DNA from: a bacterium
Lineage (GTDB): Bacteria > SAR324 > NAC60-12
Assembly: GCA_965205865.1 (NCBI GenBank)
Contig: CBDBHR010000028.1
Span: 448,001 to 512,000 of the forward strand
DNA length: 64,000 nt
Direction: 5' to 3'
Within the stretch, counting starts at the first letter, position 1; each line of letters opens with the position of its first letter. This document shows positions 36,886 through 47,695 of the stretch, in pieces. The notes beneath the pieces were generated by a model, which was not told where the DNA came from, did not search any database, and saw only the letters and a program-made list of their open reading frames with translations. The translations under genes and the position numbers were made by a program.

Positions 36886-37065
36886 ATGTCCAAAATTAAA
36901 GTCAGGCAGATTCGCAGTACCATAGAGAAAAAAAAACAGCATAAAGCCAATTTGAAGGGATTGGGATTGGGGCGGATCAATCAGGAACGAATTCATCAGA
37001 ATACGGCATGCATCCGGGGAATGATCCGAAAAATACAGCATTTGGTGGAAATCGAAGAAATTTAA
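36886..37065 (+). CDS. rpmD: 50S ribosomal protein L30
   Basis: Manual translation MSKIKVRQIRSTIEKKKQHKANLKGLGLGRINQ...IRGMIRKIQHLVEIEEI (below track cutoff). Confidence 0.95.
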   Translation: MSKIKVRQIRSTIEKKKQHKANLKGLGLGRINQERIHQNTACIRGMIRKIQHLVEIEEI

Positions 37066-37092
37066 TTTACCGCACTTTGAAGAACTCAAGCA

Positions 37093-37545
37093 ATGGAACT
37101 CTCAAATTTGCAAAAACAAGAAGGTGCGACAAAACCGCCAAGGCGGGTAGGTCGTGGTCCTGGTAGTGGATGGGGCAAGACTTGTGGTCGTGGACAAAAA
37201 GGTTACAAATCCCGTTCAGGATCCAAAAAACGACACGGGTTTGAAGGTGGGCAAATGCCGCTGCATCGCCGATTGCCTAAGTTTGGGTTCACCAACATTT
37301 TTCGAACTGAATATACAGTGATTAATATAGAAACGTTGGAAAAATTGGGCGATTTAGATTCCGGGGATATGGTTACAAAGGAAGTTTTAAGATCTAAAAG
37401 AATTATTCGCAGTTTGAAACGTCCTGTCAAACTACTGGGAAAAGGTAAACTTTCAAAAGCAGTCAAAATTGAGGTGGATAGAGCCAGTCAATCTGCGATG
37501 GAAAAAGTAAAAGCAGTAGGTGGAGAAGTGGTCTTGTTGAAATAG
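37093..37545 (+). CDS. rplO: 50S ribosomal protein L15
   Basis: RVGRGPGSG.GKT.GRGQKG, GFEGGQMPL.RRLPK. Confidence 0.99.
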   Translation: MELSNLQKQEGATKPPRRVGRGPGSGWGKTCGRGQKGYKSRSGSKKRHGFEGGQMPLHRRLPKFGFTNIFRTEYTVINIETLEKLGDLDSGDMVTKEVLRSKRIIRSLKRPVKLLGKGKLSKAVKIEVDRASQSAMEKVKAVGGEVVLLK

Positions 37546-37554
37546 GTAAGGGAT

Positions 37555-38886
37555 ATGTGGTCAATCATTCAAAATATTTTTAGAATAGAAGAACTAAGAG
37601 AGAGGATCCTATTCACGATCATGATGTTGATCATCTTTCGAATAGGTGCTCATATTCCTACTCCTGGTATTGATGGTGAAGCGCTCAGTAAATTTTTTGA
37701 TGCTCAGGCTGGTTCGATATTAGGCTTTTTTGACATGTTTACTGGCGGAGCATTGGGACGATTGACGATATTTGCCCTCGGAGTGATGCCCTATATCAGT
37801 GCTTCGATTATCATTCAGTTGCTAACAGTGGTTTTTCCGTATTTGGAACGATTATCCAAAGAAGGAGAAGCAGGACGCAAAAAAATTACGATTTATACAC
37901 GATACGGCACCATTGTTTTGAGCGTTATTCAGTCTTTTGGAATTGCAGTGGGTATTCAGAGTATGGCAGCTCCAGATGGTTCCCCAGTCGTTATTTCGAC
38001 GATGAATGTCTGGGGGTTTCGAGCATTAACTGTATTGACCCTAACTGCTGGGACCACCTTTTTGATGTGGATGGGAGAACAAATCAATGAAAGGGGCATT
38101 GGGAACGGAATCTCTTTGCTGATCTTTGCTGGAATTGTCGTCGACATGCCTGGGGCTGTTATCAACTCGGTGCAATTGATCCAAAGTGGACAATTGTCTG
38201 AACTGGTTATGGCCCTGATCATAGTCTTGATGGTCGTTGTCCTGTTTTGTGTCATTTTCATGGAAACCGCCTATCGTCGAATCCCTGTCCAATATGCCAA
38301 ACAGGTACAGGGGAACAAAATGTATGGCGGACAGTCTTCCAATCTTCCTTTGAAGATCAATTCTGCAGGAGTGATCCCTCCTATATTTGCCTCCTCCATT
38401 TTAGCTTTTCCGGCAACCATTACCGGTTTCATCACCATTCCTTGGGTGCAAGCCATTGGTAATCAATTGATCCCAGGACGTTTATTGTATTCTTTTCTGT
38501 TTGGCATCATGATTTTCTTTTTCTGCTTTTTTTATACGGCAATTCAGTACAATCCAGTAAAAATTGCAGACGAGATGAAAAGATATGGAGGTTACATTCC
38601 AGGAATCCGCCCTGGAAAAAAAACGGCAGAATATATCAATGCAGTCTTAACTCGTCTGACTTTTGGAGGAGGATTGTACCTCACCGCGATTTGTGTGTTG
38701 CCGAGCATTCTGTTGCTCAATATGGGGATTCCATTCAACTTTGGGGGCACAGCCCTGCTGATTGTGGTAGGGGTTGCTTTGGACACCATTAATCAAATTG
38801 AAACCTTTCTTTTGAATCGCAATTATGACGGATTCATGCGTAAAAGCAGAAGACGTCAGGTGAGCACAAGAAGGCTGCGTATCTAA
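37555..38886 (+). CDS. secY: preprotein translocase subunit SecY
   Basis: [36 protein letters not shown]. Confidence 0.99.
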   Translation: MWSIIQNIFRIEELRERILFTIMMLIIFRIGAHIPTPGIDGEALSKFFDAQAGSILGFFDMFTGGALGRLTIFALGVMPYISASIIIQLLTVVFPYLERLSKEGEAGRKKITIYTRYGTIVLSVIQSFGIAVGIQSMAAPDGSPVVISTMNVWGFRALTVLTLTAGTTFLMWMGEQINERGIGNGISLLIFAGIVVDMPGAVINSVQLIQSGQLSELVMALIIVLMVVVLFCVIFMETAYRRIPVQYAKQVQGNKMYGGQSSNLPLKINSAGVIPPIFASSILAFPATITGFITIPWVQAIGNQLIPGRLLYSFLFGIMIFFFCFFYTAIQYNPVKIADEMKRYGGYIPGIRPGKKTAEYINAVLTRLTFGGGLYLTAICVLPSILLLNMGIPFNFGGTALLIVVGVALDTINQIETFLLNRNYDGFMRKSRRRQVSTRRLRI

Positions 38887-38915
38887 TTTATATTTCAGTT
38901 TTCCAAAAGGTTATA

Positions 38916-39029
38916 ATGAAAGTTCGCTCATCAGTCAAAAAAATGTGTGAAAAGTGCAAAGTAATTAGGCGGCATGGTGTTTTACGGATTATTTGCGTTA
39001 ATCCGAAACACAAACAAAGACAAGGATGA
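38916..39029 (+). CDS. rpmJ: 50S ribosomal protein L36
   Basis: Manual translation [37 protein letters not shown]. Confidence 0.98.
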   Translation: MKVRSSVKKMCEKCKVIRRHGVLRIICVNPKHKQRQG

Positions 39030-39047
39030 TACCGAGAGGAGTGTGAC

Positions 39048-39416
39048 GTGGCCAGAATTGCGGGTATTGATTTGCCCAATAAGAAGCGGGTTGAAATCGC
39101 ATTGACCTACATTTATGGGATTGGTCGCCCCACTGCCAACGAAATCTTGGAAAAAGCTGAAATTGATAAAGACACGAAAGTACAAGGCTTATCTGATGAA
39201 GAAGTCAATAAGATTCGCATTTTGATTGAAAATGAATACCGAGTCGAAGGGGACCTACGTAGGGAATTCAGTTTGAATGTCAAGCGCTTAATGGATCTGG
39301 GAAATTATCGAGGTTTGCGTCATCGACGAGGTTTGCCAGCACGTGGGCAGAGAACCAAGACCAATGCAAGAACCCGCAAAGGGCCAAGGCGTATTGTCGG
39401 GAAACGAAAAAAGTGA
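39048..39416 (+). CDS. rpsM: 30S ribosomal protein S13
   Basis: [35 protein letters not shown]. Confidence 0.99.
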   Translation: MARIAGIDLPNKKRVEIALTYIYGIGRPTANEILEKAEIDKDTKVQGLSDEEVNKIRILIENEYRVEGDLRREFSLNVKRLMDLGNYRGLRHRRGLPARGQRTKTNARTRKGPRRIVGKRKK

Positions 39417-39441
39417 CAAGGCTCTTTTTTAGAGTATGAAC

Positions 39442-39828
39442 ATGGCCAAAAAAAAAATAGTCAAGAAGAAAGAGAGAAAAATTGTTGAACGAGGTGTAGT
39501 GCATATTCAGGCTTCCTTCAACAACACAATTATTAGTGTGACAGACCCCCAAGGAAATGTAATCGCCTGGTCGAGTACAGGGTTGCACAACTTTAAAGGA
39601 TCCCGGAAGAACACGCCTTTCGCAGCAAAGATAACGGCTGAAGATGCGACTCGCAAAGCGCAAGATTTTGGTATGAAGGAGGTTGAAGTTTATATCAAAG
39701 GGCCTGGAGCTGGACGTGAATCGGCGTTGAGGGCAATTGCATCTGAAGGTATTACAGTGACAAGTATTCGAGACGTGACCCCCATTCCTCATAACGGATG
39801 TCGTCCCCCCAAACAACGTAGAATTTAA
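39442..39828 (+). CDS. rpsK: 30S ribosomal protein S11
   Basis: [31 protein letters not shown]. Confidence 0.99.
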   Translation: MAKKKIVKKKERKIVERGVVHIQASFNNTIISVTDPQGNVIAWSSTGLHNFKGSRKNTPFAAKITAEDATRKAQDFGMKEVEVYIKGPGAGRESALRAIASEGITVTSIRDVTPIPHNGCRPPKQRRI

Positions 39829-39847
39829 ATCAATTGTGGAAATTGAG

Positions 39848-40858
39848 ATGTACGCAAAAAATTGGACTGCAATCGCTAAACCAAATCGTCTGCAAGTCGA
39901 GGCCAGAACCTTTAGTAGTTCATACGCAAAATTTATAATAGAACCATTGGAACCCGGATATGGTGGGACGATAGGGCACGCATTACGCAGGGTCCTGTTA
40001 TCGTCGGTTTGGGGTAGTGCCGTATTTGCGGTCCAGATTGAGGGAGTTTCTCATGAATTCTCTCATATCCCCGGAGTGGTTGAAGATGTAGTACAAATCA
40101 TCCTCAATCTCAAAGAACTCAAACTGAAGCAATTTGAGGAAGGGATTATCGAATTAGAGTTGATTGGAGAGGGAGATTGCACGTTGACTGGTGCTGATAT
40201 TGCCACCTTTGAGAAGGCGGAAGTATTGAACCCCGATCTGAAGATCGCCACTTTGAATGAAGATGCCAAATTGAGCATGATTCTGTACATACGCCATAAT
40301 AAAGGCTATGTTACTTCAGAGGAAAATCAGTCCGACGAATTACCAATAAACGTCATTTATCTGGATTCAAATCACTCCCCTGTAACGCGGATCAATTATG
40401 AGATTCAAAATGCGCGGGTAGGGCAACAAACCGAGTTCGACAGGTTGATTTTTGAATTGTGGAGCAATGGATCGGTAAAACCGGAGGATGCAATTGCCTA
40501 TGCCGCAAAAATCTTGAAAGAACACATGGATATTTTCATAAATTTTGATGAAAAAGCGGTAGAGCCAGAACCGGATCCCCCCGAAGAAATACCCATATAT
40601 AGTGAAAATTTATACCGAAGTGTCAGCGAATTGGAACTTTCAGTACGTTCAATCAATTGTTTGCAAAATGCAAAGATTGAGACTATAGGTGACTTGGTTC
40701 AAAAGACTGAGCAGGAAATGCTAAAAACAAAAAACTTTGGTCGGAAATCTTTGAATGAGATAAAAGCAATTCTATTATCAATGGAATTATCATTGGGAAT
40801 GAAACTGGAAAATTTTGATCCCGAAAGTAACCCTTTTGAAAATCAAAAAGGCAGTTAA
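39848..40858 (+). CDS. rpoA: RNA polymerase subunit alpha
   Basis: EPLE.GYG.T.G.ALRR.LLSS, HEFS.IPGV.ED, alpha-CTD ELSVRS.NCL...NFGRKSL.EI. Confidence 0.99.
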   Translation: MYAKNWTAIAKPNRLQVEARTFSSSYAKFIIEPLEPGYGGTIGHALRRVLLSSVWGSAVFAVQIEGVSHEFSHIPGVVEDVVQIILNLKELKLKQFEEGIIELELIGEGDCTLTGADIATFEKAEVLNPDLKIATLNEDAKLSMILYIRHNKGYVTSEENQSDELPINVIYLDSNHSPVTRINYEIQNARVGQQTEFDRLIFELWSNGSVKPEDAIAYAAKILKEHMDIFINFDEKAVEPEPDPPEEIPIYSENLYRSVSELELSVRSINCLQNAKIETIGDLVQKTEQEMLKTKNFGRKSLNEIKAILLSMELSLGMKLENFDPESNPFENQKGS

Positions 40859-40891
40859 GCAATTTTATATACTGAAAATCTTTGAATCGTT

Positions 40892-41425
40892 ATGCGTCAC
40901 TTGAAAGCAGGTAGACGATTGGGAGTGACTACCGCTCATCGTCGAGCAATGATGAGAAATTTAGTTACTTCTCTCGTAGAAAATGAGCAAATCACTTGTA
41001 CTCTGGCCCGTGCAAAAGAACTACGAAAACCACTGGACAAAATGATCACATTGGGAAAACGGGGTGATCTTCATGCACGTCGACAAGCTTTGAAATTTGT
41101 TAAATCTAAAAAGGCCATGGCAGCCTTGTTTGGTGAATTGGCTGAGAGATATGAAGAAAGAAACGGGGGCTATTCTAGAATCATCAAAATGGCGACCCGA
41201 CGATTGGGAGACGGGGCGCAAATAGCAATTGTCCAATTGCTCGATGGGCCCAATGATCTCCTCTCGGAGCAAAAAAAGAAATCTCCTCGAAAGGGATCAA
41301 AATCAAGCGATACACTCCTGGCAGAGGTGAGCTTGCAGATTTCTAGCGAAACTGATCAAGGAAAGACAGAAGAAAAAACTGCTGAGGAGACAACAGAGTC
41401 CCCAAGAAGAAACCTTGCAAGCTGA
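40892..41425 (+). CDS. rplQ: 50S ribosomal protein L17 with C-terminal extension
   Basis: MRHLKAGRRLG...HR.AM.RNL, R.GGY.RI.K. Confidence 0.98.
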   Translation: MRHLKAGRRLGVTTAHRRAMMRNLVTSLVENEQITCTLARAKELRKPLDKMITLGKRGDLHARRQALKFVKSKKAMAALFGELAERYEERNGGYSRIIKMATRRLGDGAQIAIVQLLDGPNDLLSEQKKKSPRKGSKSSDTLLAEVSLQISSETDQGKTEEKTAEETTESPRRNLAS

Positions 41426-41549
41426 AGCAGTTCAGGAAAATAACGATACTGAAGTAGATAACTCTCAAATTGAAGTCAGTTAGGATCAAAGGGGTGTTGA
41501 AGAATCCACTTCGGCAGTTGAAAGAGGAGACCCTGAAGAGAATACGAAA

Positions 41550-41584
41550 AAGGGATAATGAACGAAATTTTATTCATATCCTTA
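41550..41584 (+). terminator. possible hairpin after the ribosomal cluster
   Basis: AAGGGATA-ATGAA...TTCAT-ATCCCTT inverted repeat; no clear U-tract. Confidence 0.3.
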
Positions 41585-41779
41585 CCTGGTCATTATTCCA
41601 GTAATGGCTAGAAAACTCATACTCTTTCAAATCAGTTTCAATTTTTATATTTCGATTACTCAGTGGCTCTGAGTTTCCCGCAGATCATCGGCGTGGGGCA
41701 ACCCATCAAAAGGAAAAACTGGTATTGACCTGCGTTTGGGTTTCTGCCTGTCTATCAACATTTCGATTATTGGTTTGTC

Positions 41780-42538
41780 ATGAAAGGTTTCTTTTTTCAG
41801 CATCCTCTAGAATATCATTTGAAAGTAGCAGGCGAAGAATGGGAACAAGGAACTACATTAAATGGAAGCTTGCTCGTCAAGAATATAGAAAACAATACAA
41901 CACTGTGTAAGTTACTTCAGATCGTATTGGTCTATGGGGTTTTTAAAAAAATTAAAGCAAAAGAGCATGAGGCATGGAGTGAGCTTCAGACTCAAGTACT
42001 GGCTGAAAATATTGATTTTGCCGCGAAGGAGGAAAAGCAGTATGGCTGGACATTTGATTTAGCAACTGATTATCAAATTTCGGACAAGGGAGGGAGTCTG
42101 TTTCTTTTATATGGAGGAGAAAATATTTATTCTCAAGGACGGATTGACGTCAGGTTGAAGCTACTACCAATGCTGCAGAGTTTTATACAAACTTTCGAAA
42201 GTCAGTTTCGATTTAAAAAAAAATATGAAAAATCAAAACAAAAGTTTACTGAAGTCAAGCTAGTCCCTCCCGATTCAAAAGAGTATATAACCCTGGACCA
42301 TGTATTGTGTTTATTGCGGGTGCATGAAAGAATTATGGAAATCCTTTATACTTTCAGAATGAAATCTTTTGGGAGAAAAGAGGACCACCAGCAGATGAAA
42401 ATGGTCAATAAAAAAAGAGAATGTCAGCAGCAATTCACGGAAGCCCAATATACCTTGGGTGGTTTCCCCAATCGAGAATGTTTCCGCCTAGCGATTCAAG
42501 AAGCATTGGAACAAGTAAAACCTCAAGTTCTGTTTTAA
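41780..42538 (+). CDS. hypothetical protein (252 aa)
   Basis: Long ORF, no signal peptide; no confident family. Confidence 0.7.
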   Translation: MKGFFFQHPLEYHLKVAGEEWEQGTTLNGSLLVKNIENNTTLCKLLQIVLVYGVFKKIKAKEHEAWSELQTQVLAENIDFAAKEEKQYGWTFDLATDYQISDKGGSLFLLYGGENIYSQGRIDVRLKLLPMLQSFIQTFESQFRFKKKYEKSKQKFTEVKLVPPDSKEYITLDHVLCLLRVHERIMEILYTFRMKSFGRKEDHQQMKMVNKKRECQQQFTEAQYTLGGFPNRECFRLAIQEALEQVKPQVLF

Positions 42539-42566
42539 ACAAAGTATAGCTGATTGAAAGTCCGTT

Positions 42567-43319
42567 ATGATGTTTTCAGAAGACTGGAATTTGGAGGAAT
42601 TGAACAAAAAAGCCGAGCTGATTCTCCAAGGTTTGGAGGCAGAGGGGTGGAGTAAATACATTGTTCTTCCTGCAACTGCAGCAAAATTACCGGCGTCCCG
42701 GGAATATGAAAATGCCGAGACAATCGTGATTGTTTGTTCCGGTTGGCCAGAGGTTGCCGGGGTGTGGGCTTATTCTCTCCTGGAAGAAAGCACTCGGCAA
42801 AATGAATTATTGGACGAGACAACGATGGCGCCTTATTTTCGAGATTTGCCAGGAAATGTAGGACTGATCATTTTAAATCCTCATGCCGAAGGCCTCAAGA
42901 CCCCTCCGGATGCATCGATTCCCAACTACCTGTCCCAATTGGAATATTTATACCAGACCGTACTTCAACCAGAAAAACAAAGAATAGTGCTCTTAGGATA
43001 TTCCCTGGGTGGAGAAGTGATTTTGCGATTTTTGCAGAAGTATAGTGGTTATGCGGAAAAGACCAATCAATTGATTTTCATAGATCCTACTCCTCCCAGT
43101 ATCGGACGTCGTAAATTGAATCCTATAGTGCTAATATTGGTGGAAAAAGCAATTTTTTACGGATTGAGTGATCAGTATGGACACCCGGGGGAATTTGCGG
43201 AATTTACAAAAATGCGCCTTAGGATTCAGCCAACCCTGGTTCCATGTGATTCTCATGGAGCAATGCCGAATCTAATTTGGCCGCGCCTTCAGAAAGAACT
43301 GCAAACCCTTCAGGGTTAA
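42567..43319 (+). CDS. alpha/beta hydrolase fold protein
   Basis: VLLGYSLGG nucleophile elbow, LIFIDP, C-terminal His (SHG). Confidence 0.75.
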   Translation: MMFSEDWNLEELNKKAELILQGLEAEGWSKYIVLPATAAKLPASREYENAETIVIVCSGWPEVAGVWAYSLLEESTRQNELLDETTMAPYFRDLPGNVGLIILNPHAEGLKTPPDASIPNYLSQLEYLYQTVLQPEKQRIVLLGYSLGGEVILRFLQKYSGYAEKTNQLIFIDPTPPSIGRRKLNPIVLILVEKAIFYGLSDQYGHPGEFAEFTKMRLRIQPTLVPCDSHGAMPNLIWPRLQKELQTLQG

Positions 43320-43326
43320 TCTTTAT

Positions 43327-44590
43327 ATGTTTTATCTGGACAATGCTGCAACGACTGCTGTTTTGCCTGGTGTGCTAAAAAAGAGCCTTCCATATTTGAC
43401 GGACAATTTTGGAAATCCTTCTTCAATCCATCGTTTCGGAATAGGTGCTGCCAGAGCTGTGAATGAGGCAAGGCTGTCAATTGCCCGCACCTTCCAACTG
43501 CCGACGAAGAATATTATTTTTTGTGGCAGTGGGACCGAATCCAATAATTTAGCTCTTTATGGCATTGCTGGTATTCCTAACCCAAGAAGCAATCAGATCA
43601 ATTGCCCGCACCTTCCAACTGCCGACGAAGAATATTATTTTTTGTGGCAGTGGGACCGAATCCAATAATTTAGCTCTTTATGGCATTGCTGGTATTCCTA
43701 ACCCAAGAAGCAATCAGATCATTGTTTCAAATATCGAACACCCTTGTGTTCTCAAAGCATCAGAAATGCTCCAAAAACAAGGGTTCCAAGTGGATTATAT
43801 CCGCGCTTCTTCGCAAGGATTAATTGATGTTGATCATCTGGAAACTCTAATTTCGGAAAATACCCGACTGGTTTCTTGTATGGCAGTCAACAATGAAATC
43901 GGAACCTTACAGCCATTGCATGAAATCGGAAAAGTAATCAAGCAAAAAAATCCACAGACTCTTTTTCATGTCGATGCGGTCCAGGCGTTTACTAAAGTCG
44001 CTCTTTCGGTAAAAAAATATTTAATAGATTTGCTTTCAATCAGCGGTCATAAAATCGGTGCACCAAAAGGAATTGGAGCTTTGATACTTGTCCATGACAT
44101 TTCTCTAGCCCCTGTTATTGTAGGAGGAGGACAGGAGTATGGCATACGGAGTGGCACCGAAAATGTTTTTGCTATTGTTGCTTTTGGAGAAGCTGTCTAT
44201 CTGAAAGAGCAACGGCGGATTTCTTGTTTTGAAGCCCTAAAAAAATATCGGCAAAATTGGTTGGAGTTTTTAGCAAATGAGTGGCCCCAAGTGAATGTTT
44301 TCCAGTCCCCCCATGTTTTACCTTACTTTCTGAATCTGGCGCTCCCCTCCATTCCTGCTGAAGTGTTTCTACATCATTTGGAATCAGAAAATATTTTTGT
44401 TTCTGCGGGATCCGCCTGTAGTTCCAGAAAAATACAGACCTCTCACGTGCTGCAAGCTATCGGAATGAAATCCGATGTGATTCAGTCCATGATCCGTTTG
44501 AGCTTTTCTGAACACAATCTCTCAGAAAATCAGGAGGAACTATTTCATCGTTTTTCTCGTGCGCTTGCTCAGTTGGAAGAACTGTTATGA
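43327..44590 (+). pseudogene. cysteine desulfurase (IscS/NifS class V), frameshifted by a 121-bp tandem duplication
   Basis: YLDNAATT, GNPSS.H, SGTESNN, EHP.V, HVDAVQ, SGHK.G.PKG.G, RSGTEN, SAGSACSS; split across two frames at the duplication. Confidence 0.9.
43477..43721 (+). repeat. exact 121-bp tandem duplication
   Basis: 43477-43597 identical to 43598-43718, TCA microhomology at the junction. Confidence 0.95.
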
Positions 44591-44690
44591 ACTGAGGTGA
44601 TCATGTAAACAGCGCTATCGAATTTGGAAGACGAAATGATTTTAACGTTTCCAGAGTTGAGAGAATTTGTTGAACCACAATTATTTTAAA

Positions 44691-45245
44691 ATGAATCTTC
44701 CCCTTTACTTTGTCACCTCCAATCCTCACAAACTCCGGGAATTTCGGAAAATTCTGGAAATACCTATTGAACATCTGGAACTAGAACTCGATGAAATCCA
44801 AACCACAAATATGGAATCCCTGTTGAAGCATCAATTGAGACAAGCCTATAAAGAATTCCAAAAGCCTCTGTTAGTGGAGGACACGGCTCTTTTTTTCAAT
44901 GCATGGAACAAATTACCCGGTCCTTTTATCAAATGGTTTCTCAGAGAGCAAGGAGTTAATAATTTGGTCAAGGCACTGTCGGTTTTCGAAGACAAGACCG
45001 CAAAAGCCGTTTGTGTTATAGGATACACCAATGGAGAAACTGAGCACCTCTTTGAAGGCGCATTGAAAGGAAGTATTGTTGCACCCCGGGGCAGTCAAGG
45101 ATTTGGTTGGGATAGCATTTTCCAACCTGAAAAATACAGGATAACCTTAGGAGAAATGCAACCTGAGAAAAAGAATAAAATTTCTATGAGACACCTGGCA
45201 TTGGAGCAATTCAGTGAATTCTGGAAAGATAATCCGGAATTATGA
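44691..45245 (+). CDS. non-canonical purine NTP pyrophosphatase (Ham1/ITPase)
   Basis: FVTSN.HKL.E, L.EIQ, VEDTAL, LPGPFIKWF, GFGWD.IF, KNKIS.R..AL. Confidence 0.92.
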   Translation: MNLPLYFVTSNPHKLREFRKILEIPIEHLELELDEIQTTNMESLLKHQLRQAYKEFQKPLLVEDTALFFNAWNKLPGPFIKWFLREQGVNNLVKALSVFEDKTAKAVCVIGYTNGETEHLFEGALKGSIVAPRGSQGFGWDSIFQPEKYRITLGEMQPEKKNKISMRHLALEQFSEFWKDNPEL

Positions 45246-46187
45246 TGTTGCCGTTTTCAAAATAGATGGTAGGGCAAAAGTTATGTTTTCTTCAACAAGC
45301 AATAATTCCTGGACTTGACTTTGGACGGACATTTTCTTCAGCGAATTGATCGTATCTTGAACGATGTCTTCTGGTGCAGAAGCACCGGCAGTAATGCCAA
45401 TACGTTTTATCCCATTCAACCACTCGGGCTGTATTTCATCAGCAGCTTCTATACGTCTGGCTGGTATTCCATAGGCCTGAGCCACTTCTACCAATCTCAA
45501 CGTGTTGGAACTATTGGGTGCACCCAGTACTAACACGAGATCCACTTGATCCGTCATTGCTTTAACTGCATTCTGGCGATTTTGGGTAGCATAACAAATG
45601 TCTTCTTTAGCAGGACCCTGAATTGAGGGAATTTTTCTTTTTAAAGCAGCAATAATTTCTGCAGTATCATCGAGTGATAAAGTAGTTTGAGTCAAATAAG
45701 CTACTTTTTGATAATAAGGAATTACAAGCTTTTCGACATCCTCAATACTGCTTACCACTAGCATGCAGTATGGTGCTTCTCCCACAGTACCCTGTACTTC
45801 AACATGGTCACGATGGCCAATCAAGATGATTGTATATCCGAATTTTGCATAACGCTGCGCTTCTAAATGGACTTTGGTGACCAACGGGCAAGTTGCATCT
45901 ATAGTTTTCAGTCTCAGTTCTTCTGCTTTTTTTCTGACTGCCGGTGAAACACCGTGCGCGGAAAAAATAATCCATGCTCCTTTGGGAACATTTTCGAGGT
46001 CTTCGACAAAAATCGCACCGTGCTTCTGTAGGCGCTTTACAACATGAGGATTGTGTACAATTTCGTGGCGTATATAAATGGGAGGCCCATATAACTCAAG
46101 TGCTTTTTCAACAATGGTAATGGCACGATCTACGCCGGCACAGAATCCACGTGGTTTGGCTAAGATTAAATCTAAATAGCTTATCAT
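45240..46187 (-). CDS. ispH: 4-hydroxy-3-methylbut-2-enyl diphosphate reductase
   Basis: PRGFCAGVDRA, HEIVHN, DATCPLV.KVH, DICYATQNRQ, SSN, TAGASAP. Confidence 0.98.
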   Translation of the reverse strand: MISYLDLILAKPRGFCAGVDRAITIVEKALELYGPPIYIRHEIVHNPHVVKRLQKHGAIFVEDLENVPKGAWIIFSAHGVSPAVRKKAEELRLKTIDATCPLVTKVHLEAQRYAKFGYTIILIGHRDHVEVQGTVGEAPYCMLVVSSIEDVEKLVIPYYQKVAYLTQTTLSLDDTAEIIAALKRKIPSIQGPAKEDICYATQNRQNAVKAMTDQVDLVLVLGAPNSSNTLRLVEVAQAYGIPARRIEAADEIQPEWLNGIKRIGITAGASAPEDIVQDTINSLKKMSVQSQVQELLLVEENITFALPSILKTATS

Positions 46188-46226
46188 ATGTCTGTGATGA
46201 ATTTATTATTATATATTGTAAAAAAA

Positions 46227-47413
46227 TATTTGTTAATTATAGACAAATCGGTTATTCTTTTCTCCTCACCCATTAATCAAGGAGGAAAGATGCCAGCGAA
46301 ATTATATCACGTCTGTTTGAAAAAGAGTGAACGCCAAACCCTAGAGAAGCTCACGCATCAAGGTCACGATTCTGCCCGTCGATTGAACCGAGCGCGGATT
46401 CTTCTGTTATCCGACGAGAGCCAGTATGGCGCGCAGCAGAAAGATGATCAAATTGCCTCGCTTCTTGGTATCAGCAGCCAAACTGTAGTCCGTATTCGTC
46501 AACGTTTTTGTAAAGAAGGTCTGGAGTCGGCTATAGGAGAAAAACCCCGTAGTGGAGCCCCTCGCAAACTCTGCGACCTGGCCGAAGCCCATCTGACCGC
46601 CTTAGCCTGTTCTGAAAGTTCGCAAGGTCATGAGCGTTGGACTCTCAGGATGCTCAGTACGAAAGCCGTCGAACTCGGACTGACTGAGAGCATCAGCCAT
46701 GTGACGATTAGAAATGTTTTAAAAAAAGCGATCTCAAACCCTGGCAAAAAAGACAGTGGTGTCTCGGCACCCTAAACAGCGAGTTTTTCCGGAGAATGGA
46801 ACAGTGGCACCACCTCTATGAACTACCCTACGATGAGGCGAGACCGCTGATTTATTGCGATGAATGCCCGTGCCAGCTAATCGGCAATACCCTGCAACCG
46901 ATTGCCATGAAACCCGGAAAAGAGATGCGAGAAAATTATGAATATCAATGCCATGGTACTTGTTCGTTGTTCTTTGCCATTGAACCCCTCACCGGAAGGC
47001 GCTTCTTGGAAATCCGAGAGAGACGCAAAAAAATTTGCTCATTTTATTAAAAAATTAGCCCGGAGCCATCGAAAGGCTCTACAAATTGTGGTGGGCCAAG
47101 ACAATCTGAATACCCATACGCCCGCTTCCTTCCACCAGACCCTTGAGCCGAAAAAGGTCCTTGAATTGGCACAGTGTTTTGAGATGCAGTTTACTCCCAA
47201 AAAAGCCTCGTGGCTGAAATTAACTCTCCGCGTCCGGAAAACAATGTCTCCACCGAAGAATTGCGAATATGAAACTCTCAAAAAAGAACTTGAGGCTTTA
47301 GCAAAAGAACGAAACAAGAAATAGTTTAAAATCCACTGGCGCTTCACAATAAATCACGCCAGAGATAAATTTAAAAACCATTATCATATTATATAAAATT
47401 TAATTAACAATAT
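46227..47413 (+). mobile_element. IS630-family insertion sequence with degenerate transposase (starts 46290)
   Basis: RARILL..D, R.RQRF...GLE.A..EKPRSG.P, G..RWTLR.L; -1 slip at TTTAAAAAAAG (~46718-46728) into DE.P.QL / YEY...G / QDNLNTH / FTPK.ASWL; further frameshift ~47030; IR TTGTTAATTA (46230) / TAATTAACAA (47401). Confidence 0.88.
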
Positions 47414-47695
47414 AATAGTAACTGGAAACACTCTATCAAATTTATGGTAAATGTTCTATAAAAGGATTATTTCTTGGACGGTCAGACAATTAATTTGGAA
47501 TTTTCAGTTATCATCAGAATTGGACTAACTACGGTATCAAATGCGACTTTGAAAAAAAAAACTAGGGAGCTTGACTCATGCCGTTTCCCCGGTTTATCGG
47601 ACGATGACAATAACCCTGACGCATTTCAATCAGAAATTGGTATTATAGAGTTCGGGAATCTTTATATTGCAAACCCATTGTAGTGATTTCGCTCA

